A DNA stretch of 5,949 bases from a virus, in IMG/VR virus record IMGVR_UViG_3300045988_009401, one strand, 5' to 3'. Under the pieces are notes generated by a model. It saw nothing but the letters and a program-made list of their open reading frames with translations, ran no database searches and had not been told where the DNA came from. Position 1 is the stretch's first letter; the number at the start of each line of letters is the position of its first letter. A program made the translations under genes and the position numbers. This document shows, in pieces, positions 1 through 5,397 of this stretch.

Positions 1-569
1 ATTTTTTTTGTAACATACCCTGCAACATATCTATATGTTTCAGGTGTTGCTTGTGCGATCTGAATTTGACCGTTTCCCCATAGCTTTTCTAGCCATTCAC
101 TTGTATAGTATCCGTTGTGATGGATTTTATATAGCTGTTTAAGATCTTCCGGTTTCCATCCGTACAGTATCATATGGTAGTGCGGCCTTGCTGTTTGCTC
201 TCCATATTCTCCTGCACAGAAGAATCTCAACTGCTTCTTGTATGCTTTTCTGAGCCTTTTCAAGAATTTTTGCACGTCTGTGTATAGTAATGTTTGTACA
301 CTTTCCGGCTTTTTTTCGCCCGGTTTCCATACATATTGTACTTTTCTTAATAACTCTCCTGTTTTGAGAATCATTCCCGGAACATGTTCATCGTCATATG
401 TCAGCGTAATAAACCAGACTTGATCTTTCGGCCATTGTCTCGCCTCTAGTTCAATTCTTGTTGCCCAGTCCTCCCTTTGTTGTATTCTACATCCGATGCA
501 TTGCCCGCAAGGTATTAACATAACTCTTGGGTTATACAACAAATCTTCATATTTCAGTTTTTTGCCCAT
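1..569 (-). CDS. VP4: Replication initiator protein (rolling-circle Rep, gokushovirus VP4), N-terminal 189 codons. The ORF continues across the circular junction into 5850..5493, giving about 308 aa in total.
   Basis: I translated the minus-strand frame whose codons sit at + positions 3-5, 6-8 and so on. It is open from the ATG at 569..567 down through position 3 and joins the 119-aa ORF 5852..5493 in frame. The translation carries the Microviridae Rep motifs: PCGQCIGCR (CxxCxxC), WFITLTYDDEH (motif 1), RPHYHMILYG (motif 2, HxH), and YRYVAGYVTKK (motif 3, the catalytic Tyr pair). The first in-frame ATG is at 569; the next in-frame stop upstream is at 833..831. Confidence 0.9.
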   Translation of the reverse strand, partial: MGKKLKYEDLLYNPRVMLIPCGQCIGCRIQQREDWATRIELEARQWPKDQVWFITLTYDDEHVPGMILKTGELLRKVQYVWKPGEKKPESVQTLLYTDVQKFLKRLRKAYKKQLRFFCAGEYGEQTARPHYHMILYGWKPEDLKQLYKIHHNGYYTSEWLEKLWGNGQIQIAQATPETYRYVAGYVTKK

Positions 570-608
570 TCTTTCAGAAAACCGGGCAAGTGAATATACT
601 TGCCCGGT
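570..608 (-). terminator. Hairpin plus U-tract between the VP2 stop and the VP4 start, a candidate intrinsic terminator or attenuator.
   Basis: The arms ccgggcaagt (582..591) and acttgcccgg (598..607) form a perfect 10-11-bp stem with a 6-nt loop. On the minus-strand RNA the stem is followed by UUUUCUGAAAGA and then the VP4 AUG at 569. Confidence 0.5.
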
Positions 609-664
609 AATTTCTTTGTCGTCTGGGCTGTATATCCGAATTAACGGCTTATAACAGCTCACTT

Positions 665-1558
665 TTATTTTCTCCTTCCTGCACCGCCACCGGCTTTGTT
701 CCTGTTGCCTGTGATGTTGTCGAGTCCGTGGCCGCTTCTTACGTTGTCCATGGCTTTGTTTACGTTTCCCCTTAATTTTTTGCCTTCTTTTCTTCCTGCT
801 CCTACGGCGTCGTTGATCGCGTTGCCTGTTTTACTGCCGATTTTGGACAGTGTTTCCTGCAATCCAAGCGGTGTCATTCCTGTACTGCTTAACATCTGAT
901 TCCAGCTTTGCGCGGCGTTGTACCAGTCACTTTGCGACCAGCTTTCACTTGAATAGGAGTTAGGCACGAAACCGGATGCTCTGCTTACTCCCAGCGCACT
1001 TGACGATGGTGCACCCATGCTTGCGCCTGAGATCGTTCCTGCGCTGCCTCCCGGCGTGCTTGCGCCGCCGTTCTGGAATGCTAATATAGGATTAAGCCCT
1101 GCTTTTTTCATGTCTTCTACGGCCCTCTGATATGCCGTGTTGGACATGTGTTCTTGCCATTCCCTATCTTTCATGGCTTCTGTGCTGTTAAAATTCATTG
1201 CTGCCGCGTTTTCGATGTGGTTATATATTCCCTGCATGATTGCGCCTAGGGTGTTATAACCCATCTGCTCCAGCATAGACCTTTGGTTAAATTGGCTCTG
1301 TCGTGCTCCTTCTGCGCCCTGGTATTGGTATGCACCTTTCAGATACTGCATTACTAGTTCGTCATTGGTTCCGGATTTGCTCATGCTTAGGCTTTGCCCG
1401 CCGCCCTGCTGTGTGCTTCCTCCCTGGCTCTGGCTTTGTCCTACCTGACCCCATGCACCGAATGCGCTTCCCAGTGATCCTATCGCATTTCCTACGGTTC
1501 CGATTGTTCCGGCCACTTTTCCGATTGTTCCCAGTGCTCCTAATAGTGATAGTGCCAT
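665..1558 (-). CDS. VP2: Minor capsid / DNA pilot-like protein (gokushovirus VP2-like), 297 aa, Gly- and Gln-rich.
   Basis: The ORF lies immediately downstream of VP1, which is the canonical gokushovirus VP1-VP2 order. It starts with ATG at 1558..1556. The composition is Gly/Ser/Gln-rich and low in complexity, as expected for a VP2/pilot protein. The stop is TAA at 667..665. Confidence 0.7.
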   Translation of the reverse strand: MALSLLGALGTIGKVAGTIGTVGNAIGSLGSAFGAWGQVGQSQSQGGSTQQGGGQSLSMSKSGTNDELVMQYLKGAYQYQGAEGARQSQFNQRSMLEQMGYNTLGAIMQGIYNHIENAAAMNFNSTEAMKDREWQEHMSNTAYQRAVEDMKKAGLNPILAFQNGGASTPGGSAGTISGASMGAPSSSALGVSRASGFVPNSYSSESWSQSDWYNAAQSWNQMLSSTGMTPLGLQETLSKIGSKTGNAINDAVGAGRKEGKKLRGNVNKAMDNVRSGHGLDNITGNRNKAGGGAGRRK

Positions 1559-1586
1559 TTAAAAAATAGCCGGGATTTCTCCCGGC
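1559..1586 (-). terminator. GC-rich hairpin with a GAAA tetraloop and a U6 tract between VP1 and VP2, a candidate attenuator or terminator.
   Basis: On the + strand, gccggga (1569..1575), tttc, tcccggc (1580..1586) form a 7-bp stem with 6 GC pairs. The minus-strand RNA reads GCCGGGA-GAAA-UCCCGGC followed by UAUUUUUUAA and then the VP2 AUG. The SD-like GAAAGGAGGA at 1588..1597 lies 5' of the hairpin. Confidence 0.55.
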
Positions 1587-1597
1587 ATCCTCCTTTC

Positions 1598-3262
1598 TTA
1601 CAGCTTATACAGTCCCGGCACGCTATAAAGCGGCATTCTGCGCGTGGTATTGTTTGCTACGCGGATTGCACCGAAAAATTGTGGTTCATTCTGTTCGATC
1701 AGTGTTCTTGCAATCTCTGCTTTTCCTTCTACCATCCATTCTTGCGACAGTGTAGGAACGGTTGCGTAGTTATCAGCGTAGTGCCAGAAGTCCAACGTAC
1801 CTTCTGCGTTGCTTCTCATAAGGCCGCTAACGCGGTTCGGTTTCATCCGGTAGTCTGCCCATGCTTCCTGATAGCCGAATGTCTCTTCGTCGGTCGCATC
1901 ACCTGTGAGCATGATCTCCTTCTTTTTTACCGGCTGTTCGCCTAGATTTGCAAACTGCGGCACGTAATAGTCTAGCCTGTCTTGTCTGCTCCAAAAGCGC
2001 TCAAGACCCTGCTGATAGCTGTGATTGTGTCTCACACATGCAACGCCAATTACGAAACCGTGCTCTTCAAAACTTTTTGTGAAAGAGCTTTCGTTGATAG
2101 GTGTAACGGACATTGCGCCTGTTTCACCGATAGGCGTGTCGTTGTTTGCCTGTTGGCCGCTGGTCTGCACGATCTGGTTGATGTTGACATGATATCTGCC
2201 TCCGCCTAGATACTCAGGCACCTGTACCGTTTTATCCGAAATGACAACGTCCCAAATTGCCTGTACCTGCTCACGATATCTGGAACCGCCCCGTGCCAGC
2301 GCCTCATAGTACTGTTGCACGCTGATGGCCTGTCGTAACTGGTTGACAGTTGTTTTTGCTCCTGTTGCTGTTTTGTCTCCTGTAAGATTTACGTACAGAT
2401 TGCCTTGATTTACTTGTGTTCCGCCTGATGTTGTTGCGCCTGTTACTGTTGCCGCACTGCCGCCGCCGCCGTCAATTGTACCTGTTGCAAATCCACTACC
2501 GTTCATGAAGATTGTGCCTTTTGGGTTCAGTCCGGCTAGATCTCTTAATTCTACCGGGTACAATCCACCTAACTGAATTGTCACCTCTGGTCCACGCTGA
2601 GGATAAGGTAAACAGGATGTGAAATAGTCATGAAACTTGTTCACCGGTAAAAGATTACCGCCTGTTACCGCTTCCTGCAGTTCTTTTTCCATCGTGTCTT
2701 TTTCGCCGGTGCTCATGGCGTATATCACATCTTCATCGTCACTTTTCAGGACTGCAGCGTTGCCTACGTTTTCGTCCCTGAAGAACTCGTTCCAGATTTT
2801 CACATACGCTCTGATAGGCAGTGCGTTGATGCTGAAAGGCTTTTTCACCTTCGTAGGTACGCCCATGTAGTCCAGAATGGACTTTTCATCCGGTGCCGGT
2901 TTTTCATTCGTCCCGTTGATTTTGATTTGCGGTACCGTGTAGTTTTTTGTTGGCATCCACGGCCTTTCTTCCACTTCGCCCATGAAATGCTTGAAATTGT
3001 CCCACAGGATCCGGTTAGGACAGTAGAAATAATAGAAATCGATAAAGCTATCGTCCATTACCGGATATTTGGGAGTCGTCATACGGATAATGGCCTGTGT
3101 GTCAACGCTGAACGTATCGCCCGGTAGGACTTCATCCACGTAAAATGGAATTAGTTTTCCTGCGTCAAATGTGGTCAGGATAATTTGGTCTCGATTGAAT
3201 CGCGTTCGGCTTGCTTTCATCTGTGGAATTTGATTAAAATGCCGCTCGTTATTCCTGTTCAT
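1598..3262 (-). CDS. VP1: Major capsid protein VP1 (Microviridae F-like, gokushovirus type), 554 aa.
   Basis: The N-terminal region reads RFNRDQIILTTFDAGKLIPFYVDEVLPGDTF, matching the conserved gokushovirus VP1 signature (TTFDAG.LIP...DEVLPGDTF). The length is typical. The start is ATG at 3262..3260, preceded by GGAAGGAGA eight nt upstream. The stop is TAA at 1600..1598. Confidence 0.95.
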   Translation of the reverse strand: MNRNNERHFNQIPQMKASRTRFNRDQIILTTFDAGKLIPFYVDEVLPGDTFSVDTQAIIRMTTPKYPVMDDSFIDFYYFYCPNRILWDNFKHFMGEVEERPWMPTKNYTVPQIKINGTNEKPAPDEKSILDYMGVPTKVKKPFSINALPIRAYVKIWNEFFRDENVGNAAVLKSDDEDVIYAMSTGEKDTMEKELQEAVTGGNLLPVNKFHDYFTSCLPYPQRGPEVTIQLGGLYPVELRDLAGLNPKGTIFMNGSGFATGTIDGGGGSAATVTGATTSGGTQVNQGNLYVNLTGDKTATGAKTTVNQLRQAISVQQYYEALARGGSRYREQVQAIWDVVISDKTVQVPEYLGGGRYHVNINQIVQTSGQQANNDTPIGETGAMSVTPINESSFTKSFEEHGFVIGVACVRHNHSYQQGLERFWSRQDRLDYYVPQFANLGEQPVKKKEIMLTGDATDEETFGYQEAWADYRMKPNRVSGLMRSNAEGTLDFWHYADNYATVPTLSQEWMVEGKAEIARTLIEQNEPQFFGAIRVANNTTRRMPLYSVPGLYKL

Positions 3263-3647
3263 TTTTCATGTCTCCTTCCTTCGCTGCTTCTTCCGGTGCT
3301 TTCTCCTGCATTTCCTGCAGTGCCAGTGCGTTTGCCTGCGCTGTTGCGATCATTCTGTGATACTCGTGGATGTTCTGCGGCCATTCCGTGATATCTACCT
3401 CTGTGCCGTCCAGCGCTCCCTGTGAAAGACTCTGCATAAACTGCGGGTCAAATGATGCTTTTCGGACAATGTTTTTAATGTCGCATTCATCTGCATAGCT
3501 CTCGATTTCGCCCTGGATGTCGATGCTTTCAGTCTCCTGAAGGTATTCCTCATTTTCTTTGTTTTTTGCCCATACGTATTGTTTACGCTGGGTTTCGCCT
3601 GATGCAGAAAAGAGGGGCGTGCGCCCCTCTTCATATCTCTTATTCAT
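3249..3647 (-). CDS. VP3-like protein (putative internal scaffolding protein), acidic, about 132 aa from the ATG at 3647. The track's longer form starts at TTG 3707.
   Basis: The ORF lies immediately upstream of VP1 and overlaps it by 14 nt. It has an acidic, Glu-rich C-terminus. The ATG at 3647..3645 has the SD GGGAGGG eight nt upstream and sits 2 nt after the stop of the preceding 79-aa gene. The 152-aa form in the ORF track begins with TTG (3707..3705) and would overlap the upstream gene by 68 nt. I do not recognise any motif in it. Confidence 0.5.
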   Translation of the reverse strand: MNKRYEEGRTPLFSASGETQRKQYVWAKNKENEEYLQETESIDIQGEIESYADECDIKNIVRKASFDPQFMQSLSQGALDGTEVDITEWPQNIHEYHRMIATAQANALALQEMQEKAPEEAAKEGDMKNEQE

Positions 3648-3879
3648 GCGGCTTGCCCTCCCATGCCTTTTCCTTGTCGTTCTGAAATTCGCCGGTTTCG
3701 TCTTCAAACTGTGCCAGCTTGTAACCCACGTAATCGGCTGGGGACTGCCCGATGAACGTGTTCTCGTCCTTCTGCATTACGTTGCACATCCGTGCGAATG
3801 TTTCATTGTTTTTGCTTTCACCTACCCATGCGTAGCACTTCGCTACTTTGTCGTAGATACCATAGTAATTGCTAATCAT
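3640..3879 (-). CDS. Hypothetical acidic protein, 79 aa.
   Basis: ATG at 3879..3877. Lys codons of the upstream gene form an AAAGGA SD 7 nt upstream. The stop is TAA at 3642..3640. The gene is tightly coupled to its neighbours. It has no transmembrane segment and no recognisable motif. Confidence 0.5.
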   Translation of the reverse strand: MISNYYGIYDKVAKCYAWVGESKNNETFARMCNVMQKDENTFIGQSPADYVGYKLAQFEDETGEFQNDKEKAWEGKPHE

Positions 3880-4018
3880 CTTTTTTTCCTTTCTTTTAGA
3901 GCCGAATCCCGCCGCGCATAGGTTTCTGGCTCAAGTTGATGCTTTTGGTTTTCCGCGCGGTTACGTTAAACATGCGCTTATCTTTGTTGCCGTTCATGAC
4001 TTTACGATGTCGTGCCAT
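3872..4018 (-). CDS. Small, highly basic Arg/Lys-rich peptide, 48 aa. It is a candidate DNA-binding/packaging protein, analogous to phiX174 J or gokushovirus ORF8.
   Basis: This ORF is absent from the ORF track because it is shorter than 60 aa. I translated it by hand as MARHRKVMNGNKDKRMFNVTRRKTKSINLSQKPMRGGIRLKKKGKKDD. ATG at 4018..4016 with a strong SD, GAGGAGAGGG, 7 nt upstream. The stop TAG at 3874..3872 overlaps the next gene's start region. It fills the otherwise empty 122-nt gap between two genes. Confidence 0.6.
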
Positions 4019-4229
4019 TATAGTACCCTCTCCTCATCAGCTCTAGCTCGATAGCGTTGGCAAAGTTTTTGCACTGCCAGATCTCATCAATCATTTTCTT
4101 TGCGGTTTCTTTTTCGTTAATTTCTCGCAGGAGCTTGTAATCGTTTTGGATTTCTTTATATTTCTTCTCAAGCAGTTCGGATAAATTTTTTTCGGTCTGG
4201 TCTCTGACATTCCATGGTTTTGCAATCAT
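4002..4229 (-). CDS. Hypothetical protein, 75 aa, predicted helical/coiled-coil, Lys/Glu-rich.
   Basis: ATG at 4229..4227 with SD AAGGAG 9 nt upstream. The stop is TAA at 4004..4002. It is tightly packed against its neighbours. No motif recognised. Confidence 0.5.
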   Translation of the reverse strand: MIAKPWNVRDQTEKNLSELLEKKYKEIQNDYKLLREINEKETAKKMIDEIWQCKNFANAIELELMRRGYYNGTTS

Positions 4230-4235
4230 CTTTGT

Positions 4236-4352
4236 TTACTCCTTTTCGTTCGGCTGGTCGTGTAGGGCATGGTAGATCTCGTCCAGCTTTTCCAGAATCT
4301 GCATCATGATTTTGATAGCCTGTTTGACGTCTTTAATACTGATAAGAGCCAT
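4236..4352 (-). CDS. Small hypothetical peptide, 38 aa (MALISIKDVKQAIKIMMQILEKLDEIYHALHDQPNEKE). Alternatively a 65-aa form from the ATG at 4433, which overlaps the peptidase gene.
   Basis: The ATG at 4352..4350 lies 4 nt after the peptidase stop codon (4359..4357), with SD AAGGGGGT 8 nt upstream. The 65-aa form in the track starts at the ATG at 4433, which sits inside the peptidase coding sequence in another frame. Confidence 0.4.
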   Translation of the reverse strand: MALISIKDVKQAIKIMMQILEKLDEIYHALHDQPNEKE

Positions 4353-4356
4353 TTGC

Positions 4357-4746
4357 TTACACCCCCTTTCTGTATGTTTTGGTGCGCGTGTCGATGTGCA
4401 CCCATGTATTGTATACGATGATGCCGCATCCATTTGGGATGATTTTCTTCAGTTTGTTGGCAATTTCTTTTGCGGTCATGCCATCAACTCGAATGTCTGC
4501 GGCCATTCCCCGCATGTGATATGAGTATTTTGCACCGCCCACCGCTTTATTCCTTGTCGGTGTCCGGTATCCGCTGTTTATGTGTACCGGCTTTCCAACT
4601 TGGTTTCTGAGAATGTCCAGAATCGATACAAGGTAGTCATCTATGAAAACTATCTGAGAACCGTCTCTGCAAGCAAATTCCTTTACTTTGAAGTGCTTTC
4701 CAACGTTTTCGTTTGCGTCTGTGTCCATGATATAGCATTTAATCAT
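4357..4746 (-). CDS. Zinc metallopeptidase of the Peptidase_M15_3 / M15A family (VanY/YcbK-like peptidoglycan peptidase, a putative endolysin). About 129 aa from the ATG at 4746; the track form starts at TTG 4755.
   Basis: The translation contains the family signature SGYRTPTRNKAVGGAKYSYHMRGMAADI ... WVHIDTR. That is an SxHxxGxAxD zinc-binding block plus a C-terminal HxD/H ligand, preceded by FACRDG. The ATG at 4746..4744 follows AAAGGA. The track ORF starts 9 nt upstream at TTG 4755..4753. The stop is TAA at 4359..4357. Confidence 0.85.
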   Translation of the reverse strand: MIKCYIMDTDANENVGKHFKVKEFACRDGSQIVFIDDYLVSILDILRNQVGKPVHINSGYRTPTRNKAVGGAKYSYHMRGMAADIRVDGMTAKEIANKLKKIIPNGCGIIVYNTWVHIDTRTKTYRKGV

Positions 4747-4751
4747 TCTTG

Positions 4752-4970
4752 TCAATTCCTTTTTACTACAGCTACGTCTTCTAAGAATTTTTTTTCTACC
4801 TTGTACAGTCCATCTTCGTCTAGCTCATTTCCTAACTCGAATGCGTATTTTCTGCAGATGATTTTATCACTCTTCCTGTATAGCTTTTCGTAGTTGTACT
4901 TTTTTCCCATCATGTATCCGAAAAAATCGAGTTCTATATAATTTTGTTCGCGCACGTAGACTTTTTTCAT
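4752..4970 (-). CDS. Hypothetical protein, 72 aa, the first gene downstream of the promoter.
   Basis: ATG at 4970..4968 with GGAAGG SD 8 nt upstream, lying 33 nt downstream of the predicted -10. The stop is TGA at 4754..4752, 6 nt before the peptidase ATG. The protein is Lys/Tyr/Glu-rich with no transmembrane segment and no recognised motif. Confidence 0.5.
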   Translation of the reverse strand: MKKVYVREQNYIELDFFGYMMGKKYNYEKLYRKSDKIICRKYAFELGNELDEDGLYKVEKKFLEDVAVVKRN

Positions 4971-5002
4971 GGTGTTTACCTTCCTTTCTTTTCTGTGACT
5001 TA

Positions 5003-5031
5003 ATTATATCACATGTCAATACCTTTTTCAA
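5003..5031 (-). promoter_or_regulatory. Sigma70-type promoter on the minus strand that drives the gene cassette.
   Basis: On the minus strand the -35 is TTGAAA (5031..5026). A 17-nt spacer ending in TGA supplies the TGn of an extended -10. The -10 is a perfect TATAAT (5008..5003). The predicted start lies near 4996, and the first ATG is at 4970 behind a GGAAGG SD. Confidence 0.55.
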
Positions 5032-5076
5032 TCTTTTCGTCTCTTTGTAATAATTTGTAACCTTTCCTAGGACAGG

Positions 5077-5160
5077 AGCGCCGTTAGACTCCCGCCCTCA
5101 GGCGCTCATTTTGATAAGACCGGCAAGGCCGGTCAGACTGTCGGCGCGCTCCGTCAGACT
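5077..5160. repeat. GC-rich cluster of inverted and direct repeats upstream of the promoter, operator-like.
   Basis: An inverted repeat gagcgcc (5077..5083) / ggcgctc (5101..5107) has a 17-bp spacer. A second inverted repeat gaccggc-aag-gccggtc spans 5118..5134. Direct repeats GTCAGACT occur at 5132..5139 and 5153..5160, 21 bp apart, and a related GTTAGACT at 5083..5090. Confidence 0.6.
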
Positions 5161-5196
5161 TTGTCGTCTCCGCTCACCCTACTTTATTTGCCGTTC

Positions 5197-5352
5197 TTTC
5201 AACAGTTTCCACCGACTTTTCAACATTTCAACATTGTTAAACTTTATCACAACAGAGTGTTTCAACATTTCAACAAGTTTTCAACAAATCTTTCAACGTT
5301 TGTTTTTACCTTTTTCTAACGTTTTAACGTTCAAATTTATCTGTTTTCAACT
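5197..5352. repeat. Iteron-like array of about 9 TTTCAAC(A/G) octamers.
   Basis: TTTCAACA occurs at 5197, 5218 and 5226 (a tandem pair), at 5260 and 5268 (a tandem pair), and at 5279. TTTCAACG occurs at 5291, degenerate TTTTAACG and TTCAAA at 5322-5336, and TTTCAACT at 5345. The pattern is not CRISPR-like: the units are 8 bp and there are no spacers. Confidence 0.7.
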
Positions 5353-5397
5353 TTTCCACGTACTCTACTACTACGGCTACAACAAGTTATATAATAT

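Noticed and set aside
139-330. 63-aa minus-strand ORF.
   Set aside because: It lies entirely inside the VP4 (Rep) coding region in a different frame. The Rep frame here carries the conserved motif 2 (HYHMILYG).
3395-3634. 79-aa highly basic ORF in an alternate frame inside the VP3-like gene.
   Set aside because: K/R-rich alternate frames are the expected by-product of an acidic (GAA/GAG-rich) coding frame. The SD is weak (AAGAGA). Overlapping genes do exist in Microviridae, so this is unproven rather than excluded.
4236-4433. 65-aa long form of the small ORF, starting at the ATG at 4433 inside the peptidase gene.
   Set aside because: It would overlap 77 nt of the peptidase coding sequence. 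An ATG with a strong SD lies just after the peptidase stop (4352), so I preferred the 38-aa form. The long form is not excluded.
5014-5019. Perfect TTGACA on the minus strand inside the promoter spacer.
   Set aside because: It is only 5 nt from the -10, so it cannot serve as its -35. The TTGAAA at 5026..5031 has the correct 17-nt spacing.
5245-5253. DnaA-box-like TTATCACAA.
   Set aside because: It mismatches the TTATNCACA consensus at the critical CACA positions, and it occurs only once.
5197-5352. Possible CRISPR array.
   Set aside because: The repeat units are only 8 bp, with no unique spacers of regular length. This is an iteron or binding-site array, not CRISPR.
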